This document shows, in pieces, positions 29,193 to 38,914 of a DNA stretch of 64,000 nt. A model generated the notes under the pieces. It had not been told where the DNA came from. It ran no database searches and saw only the letters and a program-made list of their open reading frames with translations. Position numbers and translations under genes: made by a program. The DNA is taken from contig CAZQVT010000002.1 in the NCBI GenBank assembly GCA_964596875.1, positions 5,508 to 69,507 of the forward strand. The letters are read 5' to 3'. Numbering within the stretch: position 1 is the stretch's first letter; each line of letters opens with the position of its first letter. The DNA is from an uncultured Candidatus Saccharibacteria bacterium. GTDB taxonomy: Bacteria > Patescibacteriota > Minisyncoccia > Phycocordibacterales > DATDWN01.

Positions 29193-30293
29193 TTGAGGCA
29201 CTCACAAGATCCTCATTTTAGGTCAGGTCTTAAAATCACTAGCACTTGGTTTCGAAAGAGCCTAAGTCAGGTGGGATCTACCAAAAATGTGGTGAAAATA
29301 CTCACTTTTTTAACCGTTAACCCGGCTCTGCTTTTGTCTTTGGTTTTTCCAATACAGGCGTCGGCTTGCGGTATTTTTGATATAAAGTCTTGCTTTACAA
29401 GTAGTTCGAAAGTAGAGGCTGAAGAGGTGGTAACTTCAAATTCACAAAACATAGCACTTCTTCAAGCTCCCCTTTCACCGTTTTCAAAAGCATCATCTAC
29501 AGATGATGATGGTTCAATAATAGATGACACATACATTACCTCAGAAGTTCAAACCGCGGATGAAACAAGAACTATAGATAACGAACAGATTAGTGTATAT
29601 GTGGTACACAGCGGGGATACTCTACCTGCTATTGCAAAAATGTTTGGTGTTACTACAAACACTATCAGATGGGGTAACGACTTGAAGACTGACAAACTAA
29701 CTCCTGGTCAAACTTTGGTTATCTTGCCTATTTCGGGAGTTCAACATAAAGTTAAGTCAGGTGAAACTATTCAAGGTATTACAAAAATGCATAAAGGTGA
29801 CCTGGACGAAGTTTTGCAGTACAACAACCTAACTAAATCATCAAAACTGGCTATTGGAGATATTATTGTTATCCCAGACGGAGAAATGGTTGCCGTTTCT
29901 GCTGGTACAAAGAAAACTACAAGTTCAACAAACTATTCTGGACCTGCATACAGCGGATACTATATGAGACCAATCGTGGGTGGTATAAAGACTCAGGGTG
30001 TTCATGGTCACAACGGTGTAGATCTGGCTTCTAGTTACGGTGCAAACATTTTAGCATCTGCGTCTGGTGAAGTTATTATTGCAAGAACAGGTTGGAATGG
30101 TGGATACGGTACATATGTGGTAATAAAACATGCAAATGGTACTCAGACTCTGTATGGACACCTAAGCGCTCTGTCAGTTTCTCCTGGAGATAGTGTTTAT
30201 CAGGGTCAGATAATAGGAAAAATGGGAAGTACTGGAAAGAGTACGGGTACTCATTTACATTTCGAGATTCGAGGCGCCCGCAATCCATTTTAA
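29193..30293 (+). CDS. Secreted peptidoglycan hydrolase with two LysM domains and a C-terminal M23 peptidase
   Basis: LysM domains YVVHSGDTLPAIAKMFGVT and HKVKSGETIQGITKMH. M23 motifs HGHNGVDLAS (HxxxD) and GTHLHFEI (HxH). The true start may be the GTG near 29290. Confidence 0.85.
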   Translation: MRHSQDPHFRSGLKITSTWFRKSLSQVGSTKNVVKILTFLTVNPALLLSLVFPIQASACGIFDIKSCFTSSSKVEAEEVVTSNSQNIALLQAPLSPFSKASSTDDDGSIIDDTYITSEVQTADETRTIDNEQISVYVVHSGDTLPAIAKMFGVTTNTIRWGNDLKTDKLTPGQTLVILPISGVQHKVKSGETIQGITKMHKGDLDEVLQYNNLTKSSKLAIGDIIVIPDGEMVAVSAGTKKTTSSTNYSGPAYSGYYMRPIVGGIKTQGVHGHNGVDLASSYGANILASASGEVIIARTGWNGGYGTYVVIKHANGTQTLYGHLSALSVSPGDSVYQGQIIGKMGSTGKSTGTHLHFEIRGARNPF

Positions 30294-30422
30294 AACTTCC
30301 TAATTTGGCGAACTCCTCGTTCTCGTGTTTAAAAATGTTCGTCACCTTACGACTTGTAAGGCTCTTCTCATTTCTAAACTCTCAACATCGGATTTCATCC
30401 AAATTTCGAAAGTTTAATATTT
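30294..30422. repeat. Type-A hairpin repeat, copy 1
   Basis: AACTTCCTAATTTGGCGAACTCC...CTCGTCACCTTACgacttGTAAGGCTC...CTCTCAACATCGGATTTCATCCAAATTTCGAAAGTTTAAT. It starts immediately after the stop codon of the M23 gene. Confidence 0.8.
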
Positions 30423-31958
30423 CTTAGGCCTGTACTGTAGAGCTTCTAGGATGTGTCTTTCTTCGATCTCCTTACTTTCGTCTAAGTCTGCTATAGTTCT
30501 AGCAAGTTTTATGATACGGTGGTAAGAACGTGCGGATAGATCTAGTTTTTTGGCAGATTCGTTCAGAAGATTTTTGAGGTTCTCTGATATTTTTACAGTA
30601 TTTACCAAATCCTTTGAAGAAAGTTCGGCGTTTGTTTTTATTTTTAGGTCCTTGAATCTGTTTTCTTGTATTTGTCTTGCAGTTTCTACTCTCGGTTTTA
30701 TTTTTTCTGTACCTTCATGTTTGTCCCTTCCCTCAGTTAGTTTTTCGTACTCTACTTTTGAAACTTCCACCCACATGTCGATCCTGTCCATTATCGGTCC
30801 AGAAAGTTTTCGTTTGTATTTTTCTATTGCGATAGCAGAACAAACGCATTCCTTACCTTTTGTTCCCAGGTTACCGCATGGACAAGGGTTCATAGTGGCA
30901 ATTAGTATAAAATGTGCCGGATACCTAACACTTCCTTTTGCTCGAGATATTGTAACTACTCTGTCTTCTAGAGGTTGTCTCAAGCTTTCCAAAACTTTTT
31001 TATCAAACTCTGGAAACTCATCCATAAAAAGTACACCTTTGTGCGCCAAAGTCACTTCTCCAGGTTTTAAATTGCTTCCTCCACCAACAAGAGAAACATA
31101 CGATGCGGTATGATGCGGAGATCTAAACGGAGGTTCGCTGATAAGGTCGTCCAAAAGCATTCCGCCTATAGAATATATAGAAGTAACTTCTAGTTTTTCA
31201 TCAAAAGAAAGACTTGGAAGCAAATGTGAAAATGCTTTAGCAAGCATCGTTTTACCAGTGCCTGGTGGTCCGTACATTATTATGTTGTGCCCACCAGCGG
31301 CAGCAATCTCTAGTCCCCTTTTCGCTGACTCCTGACCCTTGATATCAGAAAAATCCACCTCTACTTCTTTTGTTATATTTTCTTTTTCCTTTCGAACATG
31401 AAGTTCGATTTTTTCAGAAGTAAAATTTTCATCAGGAATTACTTTAGTGTTTATGTGTTTTACAACTTCTAGCAAACTACCAGCGCCGTAAATTTCTAAG
31501 CCCTCTATGTTGCTTGCCTCATCTGCGTTTTCTTTTGGTAAAAATATTTCTTTGAAACCTTCCTTTTTTGCTTTTTGAACTATTGGGAGAACACCTTTTA
31601 CTGAACGAAGTTTTCCATCCAATGATAGTTCACCAATAAAAAGTCTGTTTTCTGTTTCTGCCTGTATTTCTTCACTAGCAATAAGGTATGCAAGTGCAAT
31701 AGGTAGGTCAAAAATAGGACCCTCCTTTTTTATGTCAGCAGGAGCGAGAGACACCACTATCTTTTGGTTTTTGTTTTTAGGAGACTTCCATCCAGAGTTT
31801 TTTATTGCAGAAGAAACTCTATCTTTTGCTTCATCTACCGACTTATCTCCCAGTCCTACTATAGAAAAAGAGTGGAGCCCTCGAGAGAGATCCACCTCCA
31901 ATTCTATTATTTGGGCTGAAAGTAGTGTTGCTTGAGCTGAAAAGATTTTAGCTACCAT
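30414..31958 (-). CDS. comM: YifB/ComM-family Mg-chelatase-like AAA+ ATPase
   Basis: N-terminal Lon-like domain plus AAA+ Walker A GPPGTGKTMLA. Confidence 0.88.
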   Translation of the reverse strand: MVAKIFSAQATLLSAQIIELEVDLSRGLHSFSIVGLGDKSVDEAKDRVSSAIKNSGWKSPKNKNQKIVVSLAPADIKKEGPIFDLPIALAYLIASEEIQAETENRLFIGELSLDGKLRSVKGVLPIVQKAKKEGFKEIFLPKENADEASNIEGLEIYGAGSLLEVVKHINTKVIPDENFTSEKIELHVRKEKENITKEVEVDFSDIKGQESAKRGLEIAAAGGHNIIMYGPPGTGKTMLAKAFSHLLPSLSFDEKLEVTSIYSIGGMLLDDLISEPPFRSPHHTASYVSLVGGGSNLKPGEVTLAHKGVLFMDEFPEFDKKVLESLRQPLEDRVVTISRAKGSVRYPAHFILIATMNPCPCGNLGTKGKECVCSAIAIEKYKRKLSGPIMDRIDMWVEVSKVEYEKLTEGRDKHEGTEKIKPRVETARQIQENRFKDLKIKTNAELSSKDLVNTVKISENLKNLLNESAKKLDLSARSYHRIIKLARTIADLDESKEIEERHILEALQYRPKKY

Positions 31959-32037
31959 AGCCGGTAGTCTATGCCTATTTATCCAAAAGACAACTTCCCA
32001 AACACCTAATTCTGTGATTTTTTGTTTTTTACACCTA

Positions 32038-32397
32038 TTAGTTCATGTGCTCAACGCAAGTTGTAGCAGATGGGTTGGCATTTAGTCTGTCCTCTTCGAT
32101 TTCCTTGCCACATACAGTACATTTACCGTAGTTCCCTTCTTCTATTCTACTTAGGGCATTATTTACATTTCTCAGTTGGATTTCAAGTTGAGATAGTTGG
32201 GCGTCTTTGTTTTCATACTCCTCTATGGCATCTGCAACATCTAGTTCGTCTGCCTCGTCTACTGTGTCTTCTTTGCGGATAGTTTCCCAATCCCCTTTTT
32301 CATCAGGATTTTTTCTTCCCAAAATCTCTAGCTGTCCTACTAGATTTTTTGCTTCAGATTCCAAAAGGCTTTTAAAGTGATTTATGTCTATTGTCAT
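32038..32397 (-). CDS. DksA/TraR-family C4 zinc-finger protein
   Basis: Coiled coil followed by CTVCGKEI...CVEHMN. Confidence 0.7.
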   Translation of the reverse strand: MTIDINHFKSLLESEAKNLVGQLEILGRKNPDEKGDWETIRKEDTVDEADELDVADAIEEYENKDAQLSQLEIQLRNVNNALSRIEEGNYGKCTVCGKEIEEDRLNANPSATTCVEHMN

Positions 32398-32437
32398 ATG
32401 GGCTTATTGTAGCAAACCTCACTTTGTATGCAATCGC

Positions 32438-33310
32438 CTATTTTACCTGCTTACTTATGATAAGTTTGCCCACTATCGCAGATAAAATGTTTTCATTTTT
32501 AGTAATAACTAGAGTCTTTTTGTCTATAAAACTATATAACAATACAGAGTTTCCAGAAGTATCTTTCAAAACCCGGATATCTCTATTTTTTATAGTTTCG
32601 TCAGTAAATAATTCTGAAGTTGTGCTTGCCTTGTCCGCATCAAATATTTCACCAAGGTCACTTACTATATTTTCCTCCCACTTAAGCATTCCTGGATACG
32701 AAAGAGTATAGTCATCTACAGAAAGAATAATAAAAGGTTCGTTTGTGTCATATGAATATATGCCCAGCATGTATTCCCCCTTGAAAGATCTTTGTAATGA
32801 TGGAGGCATTTGAGGAGAAATAGTCTCAAGGAGTTCAGTCACAGATATAACGGAGTCATTTTTTGTAGTATTTAGATATAGAACAGAATTTACTGGAAGG
32901 TTGTTTTTCTTTCCATCAATAATTTTTTCAATCAGGTTTTTTCTGTTCTGGTTTTCAAAATCAATTTTTCTCTCTTCTGTGAAAGCAATCATTGCTTTTG
33001 TTTGTTTTTCGACTACAACTTTCTCTGTAGACTTCATGTAGTACAGTGTTGCCACTGAAACCAAACCAAGCACTATAAAAGTCACGCCAAACAAAATAAA
33101 AGTTTTGTTTCTGGCGTTTGAACTGCCTATTATCTCTGCGGACTCTTTTGCTAATACAGGGTTTTCAAGTTTTCTTTCCTGTTCTTTTACTAAAATAGTC
33201 GTTGAAGAATAGTTATTTTTAGAAATTGCCTCTTGTACGTCCCCTTGAAATGTTCGGAGCGATTTTATTGGAGTTCTTTCTTCTTTCTTTTTATTTTCTT
33301 CAGGATTCAT
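32438..33310 (-). CDS. Hypothetical membrane-anchored protein (290 aa)
   Basis: Basic N-terminus, one TM segment (FILFGVTFIVLGLVSVATLYYM) and an extracytoplasmic domain. Confidence 0.5.
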   Translation of the reverse strand: MNPEENKKKEERTPIKSLRTFQGDVQEAISKNNYSSTTILVKEQERKLENPVLAKESAEIIGSSNARNKTFILFGVTFIVLGLVSVATLYYMKSTEKVVVEKQTKAMIAFTEERKIDFENQNRKNLIEKIIDGKKNNLPVNSVLYLNTTKNDSVISVTELLETISPQMPPSLQRSFKGEYMLGIYSYDTNEPFIILSVDDYTLSYPGMLKWEENIVSDLGEIFDADKASTTSELFTDETIKNRDIRVLKDTSGNSVLLYSFIDKKTLVITKNENILSAIVGKLIISKQVK

Positions 33311-33471
33311 CCCGTTTGAGATAGGAAACCTATGGTTTCCGTATTTAAATTATGTCTAGTAAATTTTATTATCACTTGTTTAAGTTTTAATATACTTTTT
33401 AAACATAAACCACGTAATCTCTTACGGGATTCATTTTGTATAATTGTAACAAAATCCTAACGAATTAAAAA

Positions 33472-34023
33472 CTATTTTTGTATGTTTCTGGGAACTCGTC
33501 TTCTTTTGTTTGAGTTGAAAACCATAAGATATTTTTCTGGAGTTTCGTCTAGATCGATGAACTCATCACAAGTTTCTATAAGTTTACTCGAAGAAGATTT
33601 ACCGAAGGACATAACTTCTACCTGACATCCTTCGTGAACCTGTAGGTATTCTACAAGAGGTACAAAATCTCCATCCCCTGTTACCAAAATAACCGCATCA
33701 AGTTTTGGTGCGAGTTTTATTGCATCAACAGCGAGCCCCACATCCCAGTCGGCCTTTTTACTCCCTCCCGCAAATATTTGTAGGTTTTTTGTTTTGGTTT
33801 CAATTCCCATTTTACCAAGGGCCTCGAAAAAGTTTTTCTCGTCCCCTGCTTCTGTGGTTATCACATATGCTACTGCACGAATAAGTTGCCTTCCAGCCAA
33901 ACCATCTTTCACTACTTCCCCAAAGTTTACTCTGGTGTTGTAAATGTTTTTTGCTGAATGATAAAGATTTTGTGTATCTATAAAAATACCAACTCTCTGG
34001 TCTTTGTGTTTTATTACTGACAT
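33472..34023 (-). CDS. NYN-domain (LabA-like, PIN-related) protein
   Basis: VGIFIDTQNLY...ILVTGDGDF is the NYN signature. Confidence 0.7.
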   Translation of the reverse strand: MSVIKHKDQRVGIFIDTQNLYHSAKNIYNTRVNFGEVVKDGLAGRQLIRAVAYVITTEAGDEKNFFEALGKMGIETKTKNLQIFAGGSKKADWDVGLAVDAIKLAPKLDAVILVTGDGDFVPLVEYLQVHEGCQVEVMSFGKSSSSKLIETCDEFIDLDETPEKYLMVFNSNKRRRVPRNIQK

Positions 34024-34124
34024 TTAAATATAAAAATTAACTAATAAAATAAAATATTAAAATAAAGTAAACCCATAAATAAGTATACACTATTAAAAAT
34101 AACAATACTTACAATAAGTAAATT

Positions 34125-34229
34125 AAATTGCTTTAGATACGAGGCGTATGAGTTTTTGAGAACGAGCCTTACATGTAGTAAGGTGAGTGAGCAAAAATGA
34201 AATACAACAAAGTAGATGAAGTAATTTTA
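34125..34229. repeat. Type-C hairpin repeat, copy 2
   Basis: About 85% identical to 8308..8414. Hairpin CCTTACatgtaGTAAGG. Lies directly 3' of rpsO. Confidence 0.8.
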
Positions 34230-34230
34230 T

Positions 34231-34497
34231 TTACTTCTTAAGACCAAGTTTCTTAGTAAGAGAGTTGTATCTCTTAGGATTTTTCTTCTCCAAATACTTC
34301 ATGTGAGTCTTTCTAGTAGCAACCATTTGTAGTAGACCACGTCTTGAATGGTTATCCTTAGCGTTTTTCTTAAGGTGGCTTGCCAACTCGTCAATTCTTT
34401 TACTCAAAATAGCGATCTGTACCTCTGGAGAACCAGTGTCAGTTGCATGAACTTGTACTTCTTTGACGATTTTTGTTTTCTTTGTCTTTGTAAGCAT
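34231..34497 (-). CDS. rpsO: 30S ribosomal protein S15
   Basis: 88 aa containing HSRRGLLQMV. Confidence 0.95.
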   Translation of the reverse strand: MLTKTKKTKIVKEVQVHATDTGSPEVQIAILSKRIDELASHLKKNAKDNHSRRGLLQMVATRKTHMKYLEKKNPKRYNSLTKKLGLKK

Positions 34498-34682
34498 TGT
34501 TCCAATAAGATATCACATAATATAGCCATTTGCAAGTCCTAAAACACCCCCTTTTCACTACCCCAATTTGTACCCTAAAAAATATTTTGCGACCACATTT
34601 AGTGTCGTAAAATATTTTTAGGTTATGCGACAAGTAATCTTGTTGTATAACCTATATTGTGCGACATGGTATAATCTTAAAT

Positions 34683-35630
34683 ATGGCTTCGCTAAAACAA
34701 CTTAAACAGCAATTTTTAGAATATATTGAAATAGAAAGAGGCAGATCTTTAAAAACTGTTGAAAATTATGATCACTACATAGGTCGTTTTCTGGAGTTTA
34801 CTAAGAATGACAACCCTGGGAATATAACTGACCAGTCTGTAAGGGAGTTTAGACTGTGGTTGAACAGACAAACTACAGGAGATAAGAGAAAACCAAACGA
34901 AACTTTGTCTAAAAAAACTCAGAATTATTACCTTATTGCCCTAAGGGCGTTCCTAAAATACCTTGCTCGTCAGGAAGTAAAGTCATTGCCTGCAGAAAGG
35001 ATAGAGTTGGCCAAAGTCGGCGAAAGGTCACTAGATCTAATAACTGAAACTGAACTTGGAAGACTTTTAGACTCACCACAAGGTAGCGACATAAAAGATT
35101 TGCGTGACAGAGCAATACTAGAACTGCTTTTTTCAACTGGTCTGCGTGTTTCTGAACTTTGTGCACTTACGGCAGATATAGATCTAAACTCTGATGAACT
35201 TTCTGTTAGAGGAAAAGGAGGTAAGGTTAGAGTGGTTTTTCTATCTGATACAGCAAAAAAGGCAGTTAGGGACTATTTAACAAAGCGAAAAGACTTCAAC
35301 GAGGCACTTTTTGTTCAGTCTGGTGTAGAAGTTAGAAAAAAGAAGGAAGATAAAGACAAAAAAAATAAAAATACTCTTGAAACCGGTGCATTAACGAAAA
35401 GATCCATAGAGAGAATAGTAAAGCAACATGCTATAAAGGCGGGTATCTCAAAAAAAGTTACTCCCCACACCATTCGTCACCTATTTGCTACAGGGCTTCT
35501 TTCAAACGGAGCAGATATTCGTTCTGTACAGGCTATGCTGGGTCACTCTAGTATTATCACTACACAGATTTATACACACGTTACTGACAAACATTTACGC
35601 GATACCCACAAAAAATTTCATAAAAGATAG
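34683..35630 (+). CDS. Tyrosine recombinase XerC/XerD family
   Basis: C-terminal HTIRHLFATGLLSNGADIRSVQAMLGHSSIITTQIYTHV with the RHRY catalytic tetrad. The start is at MASLKQ. An extended -10 (TGgTATAAT) lies at about 34668. Confidence 0.88.
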   Translation: MASLKQLKQQFLEYIEIERGRSLKTVENYDHYIGRFLEFTKNDNPGNITDQSVREFRLWLNRQTTGDKRKPNETLSKKTQNYYLIALRAFLKYLARQEVKSLPAERIELAKVGERSLDLITETELGRLLDSPQGSDIKDLRDRAILELLFSTGLRVSELCALTADIDLNSDELSVRGKGGKVRVVFLSDTAKKAVRDYLTKRKDFNEALFVQSGVEVRKKKEDKDKKNKNTLETGALTKRSIERIVKQHAIKAGISKKVTPHTIRHLFATGLLSNGADIRSVQAMLGHSSIITTQIYTHVTDKHLRDTHKKFHKR

Positions 35631-35780
35631 CAAAACTAACTCATCTGCGTTGTTGGACTTCGATAAAATATTTCTCACCTTATTTTAATAAGGCTCGAAT
35701 TATTTTACTCGTCCGCCTAGCATCTAAGTCAGTTTTGCTATCTTTTATTTGAAATTTTGGTTTTATGTTATATTTTATTT

Positions 35781-36575
35781 ATGAAAATTATCTCTTGGAA
35801 TGTAAATGGCATAAGAGCAGTGCACAAAAAAGGTTTACTTGTTCCCTTTCTGGCTGAATACAAACCAGATATGTTCTGTATTCAAGAAACAAAAGCACAA
35901 CAAGACCAAAGTGAAGTGGACTTGAAAGAATATGAGGAGTATTGGAATTCTGCAGTAAAAAAAGGCTACAGCGGTACTGCAATTTTTACAAAAGAGAAGC
36001 CTATTTGTGTAAGTTTAAATTTTCCAGAGAAAATCGCTAAAAAATACAAATTTTCTGATAAATACGGGGATACAAATACAGAAGGGAGAATAGTATGTGC
36101 TGAATACAAAAAGTTCTACCTTGTTACGGTCTATACTCCAAACGCTAAAGACGATTTAACTCGCGTCCCAATGAGACACAAGTCATGGGACCCTGCTTTT
36201 CTAGAGTACATGAAGGATTTGGAGAAAAATAAACCAGTAATATTTTGTGGAGACCTAAATGTTGCACATACAGCAGATGATCTGGCAAGACCAAAGGAAA
36301 ATGTGGGTAAAAAAGGTTTTACAGACGAGGAAAGAGAGGGTATTGAAAAATATATACAAGCAGGATTTGTAGATACACTTAGACTATTTAAAAAAGGAAA
36401 CGGTTTTTATACATGGTGGAGTCACTTTGGTGGAGCAAGAGCAAGAAACGTGGGTTGGAGAATAGATTATATTTTTATAAGTGAGAAAATTGTGAGTAAG
36501 GTAAAAAAAGCAGAAATACATCCTGACATTTTAGGTTCAGATCACTGCCCTGTTTCAATTGAAATAGATTTATAA
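35781..36575 (+). CDS. xth: Exodeoxyribonuclease III (AP endonuclease)
   Basis: MKIISWNVNGIRA...WDPAFLEY...SDHCPV. Confidence 0.9.
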   Translation: MKIISWNVNGIRAVHKKGLLVPFLAEYKPDMFCIQETKAQQDQSEVDLKEYEEYWNSAVKKGYSGTAIFTKEKPICVSLNFPEKIAKKYKFSDKYGDTNTEGRIVCAEYKKFYLVTVYTPNAKDDLTRVPMRHKSWDPAFLEYMKDLEKNKPVIFCGDLNVAHTADDLARPKENVGKKGFTDEEREGIEKYIQAGFVDTLRLFKKGNGFYTWWSHFGGARARNVGWRIDYIFISEKIVSKVKKAEIHPDILGSDHCPVSIEIDL

Positions 36576-36947
36576 AAATAGTTTTCCACAGTTTTGGTAG
36601 GTGTGTCCTTTACACATTTTTCTAAAAGACTTAAACTAATTAAGGAAACGCAATTAGAGTGTCCGATATGATAAACCCCGTACCGTGCACGACATTTGTA
36701 ATTTTGTTCTTTGTCGCGCGCCCATTTTGGGAGTCGGCCGACTCCCCTCTTAGAAGACCACTTGGTTTCCAATCAAGACGTAGGTGTAAACGAACCCTCA
36801 CTATCTACTTATTTTTTGGAGTTCAGTTACAACATCTAACTTCACGGATGCTGCGTGGGTCTTCTCCACAAACCGCTCAATGAATAGTGCCCGTAATTCC
36901 AACCTACGGACCCTGCTTATTGGGCGGTTTTTTAATTGTTCAAACCA

Positions 36948-37052
36948 TAGATTTTGCCAATCTCATCTTCTAAATTTTAAAAATGCTCGTCACCTTACTA
37001 AGTGTAAGGCTTCTCTCATTTTAAAAATTTATAAGCGACCTTGTCTAAAATC
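36948..37052. repeat. Type-B hairpin repeat, copy 1
   Basis: TTTTGCCAATCTCATCTTCTAAATTTTAAAAATGCTCGTCACCTTACtaagtGTAAGGCTTCTCTCATTTTAAAAATTT...AGCGACCTTGTCTAAAATC. It has an outer AT-rich stem and an inner hairpin. Confidence 0.75.
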
Positions 37053-37064
37053 TTCGGTTTGAAT

Positions 37065-38534
37065 TTATTTTACTTTGTGAGATGAGCGGATTTTCTTTAT
37101 TTCCTCTTCATCTGCTTCCTCCTTAGACATTTTTCCTGCCTCTCCTAGTTGTTTTAACTCATTTTCGGGAAGTTTTATTAGTTCAATAGCTTTATTTTCC
37201 AAATATTCCTCAGTATTTTTAGTTGGGTCCTCCAAAACTTCCTCTAAAAGTGTATGCAAAACAAAACCAATTTTTGGTCCTGGAGTAATTTTTGTAATTC
37301 CCATAATTTTTTTACCATCAATCTTAAGCATTGAGACAGAAATTGGGTCACGAAGTGCTTCTTCAATCATTGAATGATATTTTCGGAGACGGTATGGGTC
37401 TTCTTTGGGTCTACCAGCCCCTATACGGTCGCATATGCGTAGATTCATCAAATCCCAGATATTCTCCCGTCCAACATTTACGATCATTCTACGGACCGCT
37501 GAGAGGCTAATTTGCTCTGTGTCAGAAAAAAACATATGCCAGCGAATCATAGACACAACTTTTTCAATAATTTTCGTTGGATATTTTAATTTTTCAAGAA
37601 TTTTTTTAGTTTTTCTTGCTCCAAGCACTTCGTGACCAAAAAAAGTCCATTGTTTATTCTTTCCCCCACCCCTTCTTGTTTCCGGTTTTGAAATATCATG
37701 AAAAAGTGCTGAAAGCCTTATCTCTAGAGGGTATTCTTTATCAGCAGAGTGCTGTAGTGACCTAAGTAAATGCTCCCAAACGTCATAAGCGTGTATTCCT
37801 CCTTGCTCTACCCCAATAGTTTCTTCAAGTTCAGGAACAACATGTTTCAAAATCCCCAACTTTCTCATAGTAACTAAGCCATACATTGGTTTTTTTGACA
37901 TTACTATCTTTGAAAATTCATCTCTTATTCTCTCCTTGGATATTTTTTCGAGTAAATTAACGTTTTCTACTATCGCCTTCTCTGTTTCGGGGGCAATTTC
38001 AAAATCCAACTCAGTACTAAGTCGCACTGCTCTCATTATTCTCAAGCCATCCTCCCGAAATCTTAGTTCAGCCTCCCCCACTGTTCTGATCACCTTGTCT
38101 TTTATATCTTGTTCTCCGTTGTAAAGGTCAATAATCCTCTTTTCAGAGACATTATATGCTAGTGAGTTAACCGTTAAGTCCCTTCTTTTAAGATCATCCT
38201 CTATTTTTTGGCTAAAAATAACAGTATCTGGGTGACGATTATCAGAATACTCCCCTTCTAGTCTATATGGAGTCACTTCTACAACTCTTAATGACTCATT
38301 TTCTGTCTCAACCTTAACACCAACTGTTCCAAACGTGTTTTCATAGAATGATTCAGGGAAAATTTTAATAATTTCCTCTGGGGTGGCATTTGTAGTGATA
38401 TCCCAGTCCTTTGGTTCCCTACCTATAACCATGTCTCGTACACATCCACCAACCAAAAAAGCCTCAAAACCTGCATTTTCGAGGGATTGAGTTAATTCTA
38501 CTACTTCTTTTGGTATAGAGAATTCTTTATTCAT
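37065..38534 (-). CDS. cca: CCA-adding tRNA nucleotidyltransferase with an HD domain
   Basis: PolB-type NTase motif LVGGCVRDMVIGREPKDWDITT, plus an HD domain. Confidence 0.88.
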   Translation of the reverse strand: MNKEFSIPKEVVELTQSLENAGFEAFLVGGCVRDMVIGREPKDWDITTNATPEEIIKIFPESFYENTFGTVGVKVETENESLRVVEVTPYRLEGEYSDNRHPDTVIFSQKIEDDLKRRDLTVNSLAYNVSEKRIIDLYNGEQDIKDKVIRTVGEAELRFREDGLRIMRAVRLSTELDFEIAPETEKAIVENVNLLEKISKERIRDEFSKIVMSKKPMYGLVTMRKLGILKHVVPELEETIGVEQGGIHAYDVWEHLLRSLQHSADKEYPLEIRLSALFHDISKPETRRGGGKNKQWTFFGHEVLGARKTKKILEKLKYPTKIIEKVVSMIRWHMFFSDTEQISLSAVRRMIVNVGRENIWDLMNLRICDRIGAGRPKEDPYRLRKYHSMIEEALRDPISVSMLKIDGKKIMGITKITPGPKIGFVLHTLLEEVLEDPTKNTEEYLENKAIELIKLPENELKQLGEAGKMSKEEADEEEIKKIRSSHKVK

Positions 38535-38650
38535 TTATTTTGTGGTCAGGAGTCTTTTTCTGGTGAAAAAGCTCACGACCCTGACTCGCGCCGACGCGTT
38601 CCGTCTAGCACAAGTCTCTAAAAATTAATAATATTAATTTTTCTCGCTAG

Positions 38651-38722
38651 TGCTCCCGGCAGGAATCGAACCCACATCCACGGTTCCGAAGACCGGTACT
38701 CTATCCGTTGAGCTACGGGAGC
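38651..38722 (-). tRNA. tRNA-Arg (anticodon TCG). CCA is not encoded.
   Basis: Folded by hand: GCTCCCG/CGGGAGC acceptor stem, anticodon loop CTTCGGA, T-loop TTCGATT. Confidence 0.8.
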
Positions 38723-38914
38723 AATACTTAATGTTAACACGAACGTTCTACTTGTGGAATCTCCCTCGACTCATGGTTTTATCGTCAAAAACCATGGTCT
38801 GGGCACCGGCTCAGCTTCGTGCCTTGCTAGGCACTCATTGCTTCCGCCGTTCGATTCCCTATGCAAAAGCACGCTTTTGCATTACCCGCACAAATTTTGC
38901 GGAGCCAAATTCTG

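Noticed and set aside
36576-36947. tmRNA or RNase P RNA in the xth-cca spacer
   Set aside because: Checked both strands by eye for tRNA-like acceptor and T-arm ends, an ...ALAA-stop tag frame, and the GGAAAGUCCGG P4 motif. None was found. Left as an unexplained non-coding region.
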